A stretch of DNA of 64,000 nucleotides, from IMG/VR virus record IMGVR_UViG_3300047476_001831, positions 1 through 64,000 of that record; one strand, written 5' to 3'. This DNA comes from a virus. The notes under the pieces were generated by a model. The model made no database searches. It was not told the origin of the DNA and saw nothing but the letters and a program-made list of their open reading frames with translations. Shown here piece by piece: positions 29,104 to 37,122 of the stretch; the stretch's first letter is position 1; every line of letters starts with the position of its first letter. Position numbers and translations under genes: made by a program.

Positions 29104-29487
29104 ATGTTCAAATATAAAGTAGAAGTAAAAAATTCAAAGAATCCTAAAATGGGATTAGGTTTGTTTGCAAATGAAATTATAAAAAGTGACACAATTGTTT
29201 GGGAGTTTATTGAGGGTTTGGATATAAGAATAGACCAAGATACCTTAAACAAATTAAATGATACTCAAAGGGAGTTTTTCAAGAAATATGGGTGGAAGGA
29301 AGATGATGGAAATTATTATTCCTCTTGTGATTTAACGAATTTTATAAATCATAGTTTTACCCCCAATCTGATTTGTGTTGGAGAGATAATAAAAACAAAT
29401 AAAGATATTGAAATTGGTGAAGAATTATTTATCAATTATGAAGAATTCGATGTTGAGTTCGACACTTACAAAAATGAACTTATTTAA
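29104..29487 (+). CDS. SET-domain protein (lysine methyltransferase-like)
   Basis: GLGLFA, FINHSF.PN, DIEIGEELFINY. Confidence 0.85.
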   Translation: MFKYKVEVKNSKNPKMGLGLFANEIIKSDTIVWEFIEGLDIRIDQDTLNKLNDTQREFFKKYGWKEDDGNYYSSCDLTNFINHSFTPNLICVGEIIKTNKDIEIGEELFINYEEFDVEFDTYKNELI

Positions 29488-29496
29488 TTTTTAAAG

Positions 29497-29997
29497 ATGA
29501 AAGAAATGGTAATTGTAAACTTCTACAAAAAATATGAAGCAAATTGGGATGAACTCCAAATGATAGCCTTGGACACAATTGCCAAAATGGAAGAAAGTTT
29601 GGAAGATGTTGAAATTGGTGAACTTTCAGTTTATCAACAATATGAAGATTATAGGACAGCTTGTATGCAAGGATTAAAAACATTTATCCTTCAAGTATTA
29701 AATGATTGGGAGAATATGAACATTTTAGTGTTGAATGGGGAGTTTTATAAGAAATTCGAGTTCTTAGAAATGGAAGGGATTCTAAACGATTGGGAATACT
29801 CAAGTTTATATAGAAATTCAAAAGAACTATTCACCTTCTTTAATAAAGAAAAGTTTCAACTAACACCAGAACAATTTGATTTTATTCATGCTCTTTATTC
29901 AAAAAATGATGATGTAATTTGTAACTTATTGTCATTTGAATATGAGGTAAGGGAAATAAGTGAAGAAGATGACAATACTGACGATTTAATTGATTAA
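29497..29997 (+). CDS. Hypothetical protein
   Basis: ORF track. Confidence 0.6.
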   Translation: MKEMVIVNFYKKYEANWDELQMIALDTIAKMEESLEDVEIGELSVYQQYEDYRTACMQGLKTFILQVLNDWENMNILVLNGEFYKKFEFLEMEGILNDWEYSSLYRNSKELFTFFNKEKFQLTPEQFDFIHALYSKNDDVICNLLSFEYEVREISEEDDNTDDLID

Positions 29998-29999
29998 TT

Positions 30000-30311
30000 A
30001 TGAAAAACAATATTTTTACAAAAGAAATAAAAGTCGCTGATGCTAATACATCAGTTAGTGAATTACTAAGAGAAACACTAATTAATTTCAGTTGGGGTTT
30101 CTTTGGTAACTCAATTGTTGTGTTTATGGCCAAAGAAATTGATATCGCAGTATTGGTTAATTTCTTCTTATATTATATCCTAATTTCAATGATTGTTAAT
30201 CGTGCTAAATATGAAACTAACTTGGGGAAATTCTTTGTTTTACCCGGTTCAGCAGCTCTTGGAGCATTCACAGGATATAAAGTAGCACAAATTATTTCAA
30301 CTTTTTTGTAA
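30000..30311 (+). CDS. Membrane protein
   Basis: Three hydrophobic segments. Confidence 0.6.
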   Translation: MKNNIFTKEIKVADANTSVSELLRETLINFSWGFFGNSIVVFMAKEIDIAVLVNFFLYYILISMIVNRAKYETNLGKFFVLPGSAALGAFTGYKVAQIISTFL

Positions 30312-30373
30312 CATACTTGACACTTTTTCGTTTTATCATTATATTTAATAAAAAAATAGTAAAAACTTCACAA

Positions 30374-30445
30374 ATGAAATACAATCTCTATATGGACTTA
30401 ACGATAGCAACTGAGGGTAGAAACCCTCGGATGGAGATGATATGA
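30374..30445 (+). CDS. Leader peptide 2 MKYNLYMDLTIATEGRNPRMEMI (tRNA cluster 2 attenuator)
   Basis: 23-codon ORF; internal hairpin GAGGGT/ACCCTC; GATGGA (30430-30435) is complementary to the terminator 5' arm TCCATC. Confidence 0.75.
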   Translation: MKYNLYMDLTIATEGRNPRMEMI

Positions 30446-30472
30446 TAATAGGTTTTAATTGTTAATAATGTC

Positions 30473-30508
30473 AATCCATCTTCCTAAAAAAAAGATGGAT
30501 TTTTTTTT
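30473..30508 (+). terminator. Attenuator terminator before tRNA cluster 2
   Basis: AATCCATCTT-loop-AAGATGGATT followed by a U tract. Confidence 0.8.
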
Positions 30509-30552
30509 GTCACAAAGTTTGGAAATTAGAAATGGTTTTGTAACTTTGTAGT

Positions 30553-31032
30553 ATGAGAAAACAAACACCATACATATCATCTTCAGTCGCCATAAAAGGG
30601 ATTAATGATTCAGTACTTGCGAAGTCAGAGAACAACGATTGTGTAGTAAGAGCTTTTGCTTCAGCATACAATGTATCTTATGATTTTGCACACAAAAAAG
30701 TCGCTGAATTATTTGGAAGAAAAAATAGACAAGGGACATTTTGTTTCAGTATTGTAATGAGACAAATGGAACTTCAAGATGTAAGGATAAATAAGAAAAA
30801 AGTTCAAACAATAAGAAAAGATGTGAATCTATCTTATTGGGTAAAAGTAAAAGGTGTGAACAAATTAAGAAATATGACAACTGCAAAGTTTTTAGAGGAT
30901 TTTCCCACTGGAACTTACATTGTCACAGTCAAAGGACATGCTTTTACAATAAAGGATGGAGTGGTAATTGGAAATCCAGAAGATGCAACTCAAAGAAAAA
31001 AAAATATCTTTGGTGCTTGGAAAATAGGATAA
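30553..31032 (+). CDS. Conserved phage protein (NDCVVRA family)
   Basis: ENNDCVVRAFA..GTYIV.V.GHA..IKDG. Confidence 0.75.
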   Translation: MRKQTPYISSSVAIKGINDSVLAKSENNDCVVRAFASAYNVSYDFAHKKVAELFGRKNRQGTFCFSIVMRQMELQDVRINKKKVQTIRKDVNLSYWVKVKGVNKLRNMTTAKFLEDFPTGTYIVTVKGHAFTIKDGVVIGNPEDATQRKKNIFGAWKIG

Positions 31033-31074
31033 GATTACTTAACTTTGTAAAGTTAATTGAAATTGAGGAATAAA

Positions 31075-31148
31075 GGGCTATTGGTGTAGAGGTCGAACAT
31101 GCCACCCTGTCACGGTGGAGATCAGGGGTTCAAATCCCCTATAGCTCG
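31075..31148 (+). tRNA. tRNA-Asp(GTC)
   Basis: CCACC-ctGTCac-GGTGG. Confidence 0.92.
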
Positions 31149-31307
31149 CAAAAAAAATTAATATTATGACAAAGTTTATTATTGCTTGTATTGGTATAAT
31201 TATTTTGGGTTTTATTGGGAACTACATCATTAAAAAATATCCAAATTCTTGGGTTGCAAAATGGTGGGATGATATGACTGATAATGCCCATTGGTGGTAA
31301 AATATAT

Positions 31308-31380
31308 GTTCCATTCGACAAGGGGTCTAAGTCACCTCCCTTTCACGGAGGAGTCATGGGTTCGAATCCCATATGGAATA
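31308..31380 (+). tRNA. tRNA-Glu(TTC)
   Basis: CCTCC-ctTTCac-GGAGG. Confidence 0.92.
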
Positions 31381-31430
31381 CAAATCTCAGAAGTAATTAA
31401 TCTGGGGCTGAGAGGTTCGAAACTCTCGAA

Positions 31431-31559
31431 TGGCTATGGTGTAAGGGCACACGGTCCCCCTGGGCGACAATATTGCGAAAGGGTATCCTTAATAGGAGAG
31501 AGTATTGTGAAACGATAGAAGTAAGGGACTGGGGAAGGGTTCGAATCCTTTTTAGTCAA
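31431..31559 (+). ncRNA. tRNA-like element with a large structured insert replacing the anticodon loop
   Basis: TGGCTA/TAGTCA acceptor, D arm, CGGTCCC/GGGACTG stem enclosing about 66 nt, GGTTCGAATCC T arm. Confidence 0.5.
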
Positions 31560-31568
31560 CAAACATAA

Positions 31569-31640
31569 TGCAAGGAAGTGTAGAGGTTGCACATTGGGCT
31601 CATAACCCAAAGGTAGTGGGTTCGATTCCCACCCTTGCGT
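31569..31640 (+). tRNA. tRNA-Met(CAT), initiator-like
   Basis: TTGGG-ctCATaa-CCCAA (three G-C pairs), weak U1-G72 pair. Confidence 0.85.
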
Positions 31641-31649
31641 CAAACACAA

Positions 31650-31724
31650 TGCAAGATGGACTGGAAGTGGTTCCAGCTCGGTCTCATAAGCCGTACCATG
31701 TGGGTTCGACTCCCACTCTTGCAT
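31650..31724 (+). tRNA. tRNA-Met(CAT)
   Basis: ctCATaa loop, cloverleaf. Confidence 0.8.
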
Positions 31725-31737
31725 CTAAATTATTAAT

Positions 31738-31822
31738 GGGAAAGCGCCGAAGTAGGAGAGTCGGGGATGACTGTAAATCATTTGCTTTAGCTGAGGGGGT
31801 TCGAATCCCTCTTTTCCCACCA
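31738..31822 (+). tRNA. tRNA-Tyr(GTA)
   Basis: ctGTAaa loop, long variable arm, encoded CCA. Confidence 0.88.
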
Positions 31823-31868
31823 CAATGCAGTAACAGCTCAATGAAGTTTGAAACATAAACAATAAAAA

Positions 31869-31941
31869 GCATCAATAGCTCAATTGGTAGAGTCCTTGTC
31901 TTCCAAACAAGATGTTACGAGTTCGAATCTCGTTTGATGCT
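31869..31941 (+). tRNA. tRNA-Gly(TCC)
   Basis: CTTGT-ctTCCaa-ACAAG, U73. Confidence 0.92.
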
Positions 31942-31961
31942 CAAAATATAAATAAACCGCT

Positions 31962-32171
31962 ATGAATCAGTTACAATTTAATAATCTTAAAGTGGGTGAT
32001 AAAATACATATAAAATCTCGTGATGGTTTATACACCTTCTTGAAAAAAGATTTTAGATATGGAGAAATACACATTACTTGTAACAGATGGCAATATGAAG
32101 AAAATCCAATAAGGATAACAACTTTTGATGACTTCAAATGTTTAGCTGGTGGTTTATGGAGGATAAGATAA
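31962..32171 (+). CDS. Hypothetical protein
   Basis: ORF between tRNAs. Confidence 0.55.
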   Translation: MNQLQFNNLKVGDKIHIKSRDGLYTFLKKDFRYGEIHITCNRWQYEENPIRITTFDDFKCLAGGLWRIR

Positions 32172-32178
32172 ATTAAAT

Positions 32179-32256
32179 GGGGACGCATGTACCAAGGCAG
32201 GGCGACAGACATTTGCAATGTCCGTGAGGTGAGTTCGATTCTCACCGTTTCCACCA
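32179..32256 (+). tRNA. tRNA-Ala(TGC)
   Basis: ttTGCaa loop, G3:U70, encoded CCA. Confidence 0.85.
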
Positions 32257-32268
32257 AAAAAAAGTTAT

Positions 32269-32871
32269 ATGAAAAAAGTATTTTTATTTTTGATGTGTTT
32301 TGTATTACTCACATCGTTTTCAACCCCACCTTTGAGGGTTTTATTCATTGGAGATAGTTTAACTTGTTATACTGGTGGTTGGCAAGACCAAGTGTGTAGA
32401 TATTTTGGATATCAAAGTGTCAATAGGTCAGTTGGTGGTAAAAGAACTGAATGGATGAGGTTGACATTAAATGAACATTTGAAGAGGGATTCATCTTTCA
32501 CTTATTGTTTTATCTATGGGGGTTGTAATGATGCTTATTCTTATGTGAATCTTCAAGGCGCTGTAAACAATATACAGATGATGGTGGATAGTTGTAATAG
32601 GAGGGGAATTAAGCCTATTGTAATCGTTGGTTATGACCCAGCTAAAGTATCAATCAAAACTGTTTATGATGCTGCAACCACAAAGAGATGTAGAGAAAGA
32701 TATGTGGAGTTTCAAAAGTTAATGGTTCATCCTGAAACTGGACTTAAAAATTGTAAAATCATTCCAAAGGATACAACAGTAACATTTCAGGATGCCGGTG
32801 ATGGAATCCATCTTGGTGGAAATGGACAAAGGAAATTTGCTAATTGGGTAATAAATCACTTAAATCAATAA
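32269..32871 (+). CDS. Secreted SGNH/GDSL hydrolase
   Basis: Signal peptide, FIGDSLT, GGCND, DGIH. Confidence 0.88.
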   Translation: MKKVFLFLMCFVLLTSFSTPPLRVLFIGDSLTCYTGGWQDQVCRYFGYQSVNRSVGGKRTEWMRLTLNEHLKRDSSFTYCFIYGGCNDAYSYVNLQGAVNNIQMMVDSCNRRGIKPIVIVGYDPAKVSIKTVYDAATTKRCRERYVEFQKLMVHPETGLKNCKIIPKDTTVTFQDAGDGIHLGGNGQRKFANWVINHLNQ

Positions 32872-32873
32872 TA

Positions 32874-33146
32874 ATGAAATATATAATTCCAACAGTTTTT
32901 ATTACAATTATGTGGATTTTTTTAATTACTGGAATCCTTAATACTATCCCAACACCTAAAATAGAAAATGGGGATATTCTTAAAAATTGTGTAATTGATA
33001 CGATGTATGTTACAGAATCCCCATCTACAATTGAATATGGAAAACGATATAATTACAAGACAAGTTGTGATGAAGTTATTTTAACCAAGAGAAAGGATGT
33101 ATATTCAATTGGTGATACAATAACTTATGTATATAAAAAAAGATAA
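32874..33146 (+). CDS. Membrane-anchored hypothetical protein
   Basis: N-terminal TM; start taken at MKYII. Confidence 0.5.
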   Translation: MKYIIPTVFITIMWIFLITGILNTIPTPKIENGDILKNCVIDTMYVTESPSTIEYGKRYNYKTSCDEVILTKRKDVYSIGDTITYVYKKR

Positions 33147-33154
33147 TACACTTT

Positions 33155-33228
33155 GCCGACATAGCTCAGCTGGCCAGAGCACGTGATTTGTAATCTCGGG
33201 GTCGTGGGTTCAAATCCCTCTGTCGGCT
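33155..33228 (+). tRNA. tRNA-Thr(TGT)
   Basis: ttTGTaa loop, GCCGACA/TGTCGGC acceptor. Confidence 0.88.
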
Positions 33229-33311
33229 CAAATATTTTTCAAAATTATTCCACTATTGTTGTGTGAATTAAAAACTCTTCTTATATTTGTGAACACTAAA
33301 ACGGAAACACA

Positions 33312-33542
33312 ATGGCAAAAGAGAAAAAAACAATTCAAGTTGAGTTTATTAAAAACTTTGCAAATCTACAATTAGCAAATCCAAATAACTCAATTCAAGC
33401 GAAACTTGGAGTAATTGCGATGTTAGAAAAGGTTTTAAGTGAAGCAAATGCTTACAAAGGTTATATGTATTTGTCTTTAGGTCCTAACAATACACCACCT
33501 GAATTTGGTAGTGAGGGATGGGCATCAAGAAAGTATTTCTAA
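33312..33542 (+). CDS. Hypothetical protein
   Basis: ORF after a TATATTTG promoter-like site. Confidence 0.6.
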   Translation: MAKEKKTIQVEFIKNFANLQLANPNNSIQAKLGVIAMLEKVLSEANAYKGYMYLSLGPNNTPPEFGSEGWASRKYF

Positions 33543-33660
33543 TGGTTGTGACACCTAGTAATTCACAAGTAGTGGTTGACACTTTGAATGTTACCTGACT
33601 TTAAGGTTTTGAAGAGTAAAACCAGAAATCTTCTAAAAAACTTCTAAAAAATTTACAACT

Positions 33661-33921
33661 ATGGCACTGATTTATTTAGTTATTGATAGACTTGATAAGA
33701 TTCCAATTTTAACAGCATCCACGCGTGAAAAGGCGAAAGAACTCTTGGATGAGTTTATGGGATTACCTCCATACTTTGAAGATAAGGATGTGGAATATTT
33801 GGGTTATTTTCCTTACAATTGTAAATGGCCTGACATATATGAGGGTGACTTTAAGTATAGAGATGGGGAAGATATACAAGTGTTCAGTTTGTATTGTATG
33901 ACATTAGATGAATTGAATTGA
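33661..33921 (+). CDS. Hypothetical protein
   Basis: ORF track. Confidence 0.55.
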   Translation: MALIYLVIDRLDKIPILTASTREKAKELLDEFMGLPPYFEDKDVEYLGYFPYNCKWPDIYEGDFKYRDGEDIQVFSLYCMTLDELN

Positions 33922-33927
33922 TAATAT

Positions 33928-34042
33928 AGTCCTGTGGCGGAATTGGTAGACGCTAAGTAAGATGGTGTACATTTGTCCCATAAGAAAGACCGATGCAACA
34001 GAAATGTGAAGGGTCGTATAGGTTCAAATCCTATCTTGACTA
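33928..34042 (+). ncRNA. Degenerate tRNA-like element with expanded centre
   Basis: Leu-type D arm GGCGGAATTGGTAGACGC and T arm ATAGGTTCAAATCCTAT; no canonical anticodon arm. Confidence 0.45.
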
Positions 34043-34045
34043 CAA

Positions 34046-34255
34046 TGAGTAAGAGATACTCAGTGGTCTTTTATCCAAGACCCATTTAACAATGGATAGG
34101 TTCAATTTGGACAACCTCAATGCCAAATCGTGGGAATAAAGGCAGGTAGCAGAGCCTCCCAGTAGCTTGACTAATTTTAAGAGGGATGACCCACAGGTTT
34201 ATTGAAAGCAAGAAAACCGATATATCTACTCACTTGGAATCTCAGAGTGGGGAAA
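34046..34255 (+). ncRNA. Unidentified structured RNA (about 200 nt)
   Basis: ORF-free, GC-richer than flanks; TGAGTA..GATA pairs with TATC-TACTCA. Confidence 0.4.
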
Positions 34256-34258
34256 TTT

Positions 34259-34330
34259 GCACCCATAGTTAAAAGGATATAACCTATCTCTTCTAAAGAT
34301 ATATTCCTAGTTCGAGTCTAGGTGGGTGTA
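34259..34330 (+). tRNA. tRNA-Arg(TCT)
   Basis: TATCT-ctTCTaa-AGATA. Confidence 0.9.
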
Positions 34331-34354
34331 CTAACTATAAAAAAAACATAAACA

Positions 34355-34774
34355 ATGAAAAACTTTTTATTTTCTATACTCTTTATTTTACCATTAGTTT
34401 CATTTGGTCAATTAGGAAAAACACAAAAAGAAATCAAAGAAACTTTAGGTAATGAATATGCAGTAGATTTTGTGGATAGATTTACAAACTACATTTATGA
34501 TTTCAATTTCCTATATGAAGACAAATGGATGACTGAAAGATATATTTTCACATTTGAAAGGGTAAATGGTGATATGTATTGCACAAATTGGCAAATAGTT
34601 CGTCCAATTGAAACATACAATCAAACATATTGGGAGTTAGAAGATTATTTCAAACTAAACGATACCATTTATATTGGTGAAATTGATAAAACCAAAATGA
34701 ATATAAACTTGTTTAGAGGAGAGGGTTATTATTGTATAAATGTCACATATAAACCAGAATATAAATTAAATTAA
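34355..34774 (+). CDS. Secreted hypothetical protein
   Basis: Signal peptide MKNFLFSILFILPLVSFGQ. Confidence 0.65.
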   Translation: MKNFLFSILFILPLVSFGQLGKTQKEIKETLGNEYAVDFVDRFTNYIYDFNFLYEDKWMTERYIFTFERVNGDMYCTNWQIVRPIETYNQTYWELEDYFKLNDTIYIGEIDKTKMNINLFRGEGYYCINVTYKPEYKLN

Positions 34775-34783
34775 ATTAAAATT

Positions 34784-34957
34784 ATGAAGTTCAAAGTAGG
34801 AGACAAAGTTTTCAAACCAAAAGGTTACAAATTCCCAGGTATTGTTGTTGCGGTATTCCAAACCACATCAGGTGACACGAGAGTTGTTGCAGAGTTAATT
34901 GATAACGGAATGTTACACATTTTTAGTGAGAGTCAATTGGAACTTGATAATAACTAA
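34784..34957 (+). CDS. Small SH3-fold protein, DfrB/R67 DHFR-like
   Basis: MKFKVGDKVFKPKGYKFPGIVVAVFQT..RVVAE..GMLHIFSESQLE; below the ORF-track length cutoff. Confidence 0.55.
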   Translation: MKFKVGDKVFKPKGYKFPGIVVAVFQTTSGDTRVVAELIDNGMLHIFSESQLELDNN

Positions 34958-34976
34958 ATTAAAAACTAATATTGAG

Positions 34977-35216
34977 ATGAAAAAAACCCCAATTCAAAAT
35001 GTTATTGACAAAGTTGAGAAACTCGTAAGAGAAAGTGAAGTTGGTACAGAGGAAAGAAGAAAACTGAATCTTGTAGTTTCTTATCTGTGGGACGAACTTG
35101 ACAATGAGAGGAAAAATATGACTGAAGTGTTTGATTCTTGTAAAAAAGAACATAGGGAGGTAACAGGAAAAATGTGGGTTAATAAACATTTTATGGATTA
35201 CGAAAAATTTTTATGA
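34977..35216 (+). CDS. Hypothetical protein
   Basis: Probable start MKKTPIQ. Confidence 0.55.
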   Translation: MKKTPIQNVIDKVEKLVRESEVGTEERRKLNLVVSYLWDELDNERKNMTEVFDSCKKEHREVTGKMWVNKHFMDYEKFL

Positions 35217-35383
35217 TGGAAAACGAAAATCAGGGTAAAACACCAAAACAAATCAAATTATCCTACCAAATCTTTGCAGGTTCAATGTTGGGTTTAATTA
35301 TATTAGGTTTGGTTTATCTCATTAAGTTGGGATTTGGATTGTAAATGAAGGTTGGGTGGTGTAATGGTAGCCACGCAAGACTT

Positions 35384-36350
35384 AAAGAAAACTCGTAAAA
35401 TTCTAAAAAAAATGTGTTTGTTAGTTCGGTTTAGGTACATTTGTTGATATTTATATATAAAGAAGTTTATATGAAAACAAAATACAACAAAGAGGTATTA
35501 ACCGAGGCAATTAGAAAAAGTTTTTCGATTGCCGAAACTTGTAGAAATCTGTCAATTAGACCTAGTGGTGGTAATTACAAAACATTAAATTCTTTAATAA
35601 AAGAATACGATATTGACATTACTCACTTTACAGGACAAGGTTGGAATGTTGGATTGAAATTTAGACCAATGAAAACTTACTTATTAGAAGATATCTTGGT
35701 TGAAGATTCACAATATAGAAGTTCTTACAAACTAAAAAACAAATTGTTTGAAAATGGGATTAAACAAGAAAAATGTGAGGTTTGTTCAAATTCGGTATGG
35801 AACAATAAAAAAATTCCTCTTGAACTCCACCATATAAATGGAGTGAATACTGATAACAGAATAGAAAACTTACAGATTTTATGTTGTAATTGTCACGCAC
35901 AAACTGAAAATTTTAGAAAAGGGAAGAGTGCTCTCGCTGAAAAGAGGGAAGTAGAATACCGTAAATTCAAGGAAGCCTCAGCTAGTAATGTTGGTGGTAA
36001 TCTTGAGCCAAGTCTCAGGAATGAGAAAGGTGCAGAGACTAGACACGGTACATCTAAGTCTAAAAAACCAAAAAGACTTTGTAGTCTTTGTGATAAAGTT
36101 TTGAAGAATAATCAGACAACATATTGTTCAACAGAATGTTATTATCAAGGAACAAAAGGTAAAAGACCCCCAGTATTTGAACTTATTAAAAAATTTGAAG
36201 ACCTAAAAACATTTGTTAGTGTTGGAAAATTTTATAATGTTAGTGATAATGCAGTTAGGAAATGGTGTTCTTATTATGGTATTTTAGATATGGTGAAGGT
36301 ATAGTCCAGACTACAAACAAGAAATTGGTGGTGAAAACCATAGTAGTAAG
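35384..36350 (+). mobile_element. Group I intron (trnL-UAA type), 967 nt
   Basis: P AAATTCAAGGAAGCC, Q GGTAATCTTGAGCCAAG, R AGGTGCAGAGACTAGAC, S GAAGGTATAGTCC, P3 TACCGT/ACGGTA, terminal G at 36350. Confidence 0.9.
35471..36304 (+). CDS. Intron-encoded HNH homing endonuclease
   Basis: CEVC..LELHHINGVNTDNRIENLQILCCNCH; C-terminal Zn finger and HTH. Confidence 0.88.
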   Translation: MKTKYNKEVLTEAIRKSFSIAETCRNLSIRPSGGNYKTLNSLIKEYDIDITHFTGQGWNVGLKFRPMKTYLLEDILVEDSQYRSSYKLKNKLFENGIKQEKCEVCSNSVWNNKKIPLELHHINGVNTDNRIENLQILCCNCHAQTENFRKGKSALAEKREVEYRKFKEASASNVGGNLEPSLRNEKGAETRHGTSKSKKPKRLCSLCDKVLKNNQTTYCSTECYYQGTKGKRPPVFELIKKFEDLKTFVSVGKFYNVSDNAVRKWCSYYGILDMVKV

Positions 36351-36405
36351 AAAATCTTGTGGTCAGTAAGACCGTGCGGGTTCGAGTCCCGCCCCGACTA
36401 CTAAA

Positions 36406-36479
36406 GATTCTATAGCTCAATTGGTTAGAGCTTTCCGCTCATAACGGAGGGGTTCGAGGTTCAAGTCCTCGTGGAATCA
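36406..36479 (+). tRNA. tRNA-Ile2/Met(CAT), probably Ile2 (lysidine type)
   Basis: CCG-ctCATaa-CGG anticodon arm typical of Ile2; A73. Confidence 0.8.
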
Positions 36480-36484
36480 CAATT

Positions 36485-36570
36485 GCCTAAGTGGCGGAAT
36501 TGGTAAACGCAATTGTCTTAGAAACAATCGTCACATAAATGACTTGTGGGTTCGACTCCCACCTTGGGTA
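36485..36570 (+). tRNA. tRNA-Leu(TAG)
   Basis: ATTGT-ctTAGaa-ACAAT, long variable arm. Confidence 0.92.
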
Positions 36571-36603
36571 CAATATTTTTTCACGTCTAATTCAATTAAT
36601 TAA

Positions 36604-36882
36604 ATGAAAGACATTATAAAAACTTTTTTATTCCTCAATTTAATATTCTATACTTTGGGGATGTATCACTTCAATACAATAAACATCTTTAAGTTTGATG
36701 AAATTGATAGTATATTAAATCAACATACCGATTCTAACAATTCAATTAATTTTTTATTAGGTTGTGAATTGGTGTTATTTTTTATTTCATTTCTATTAAA
36801 AAAGATTACTACAATGTTATATATCTTATTAGGATTTTTGTTAGTAATGTATTTCTTGGGGTTTCTAAATCCTGAACAATAA
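36604..36882 (+). CDS. Membrane protein
   Basis: Three hydrophobic segments. Confidence 0.5.
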   Translation: MKDIIKTFLFLNLIFYTLGMYHFNTINIFKFDEIDSILNQHTDSNNSINFLLGCELVLFFISFLLKKITTMLYILLGFLLVMYFLGFLNPEQ

Positions 36883-37122
36883 GATATTTATTGTTATGAA
36901 AAGAATTTTTATTTTCATTTTAATCACATTTCTAATCTCTTCTTGTAATGTCTTTTACAGAGAGAATTGTGCGTCTTATTCCCAATCTAGTATTAGACAC
37001 AAAACCAAAAGTCCCAACTTAAAATATAAAGGAAAAGGAAACTCATTACCAAGATATATGAGAAATAGGGACTAATCTTATTTGATTTTTTCATCCTTTA
37101 TTTATATGTTTCTGTAAAAATT

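Larger units (their letters stand above)
35350..36400 (+). tRNA. tRNA-Leu(TAA) split by a group I intron (exons 35350-35383 and 36351-36400)
   Basis: 5' half ends CAAGA-CTT, 3' half starts AAAA-TCTTG; joined they give a CUUAAAA loop and GGTTGGG/CCCGACT acceptor. Confidence 0.9.

Noticed and set aside
31403-31428. Second tmRNA 5' end (GGGGCTGA..GGTTCGA)
   Set aside because: No matching 3' acceptor or tag frame; the real tmRNA is at 45313-45693
31291-32257. ORFs 31291-31518, 31434-31724, 31568-31858, 31684-31875, 31967-32257
   Set aside because: They overlap clear tRNA genes; so do 22761-22955 and 23176-23388
22088-36570. Colinearity between leader codon order and tRNA gene order
   Set aside because: Only fragments agree (I-K-V, C-W); the match is in content, not order
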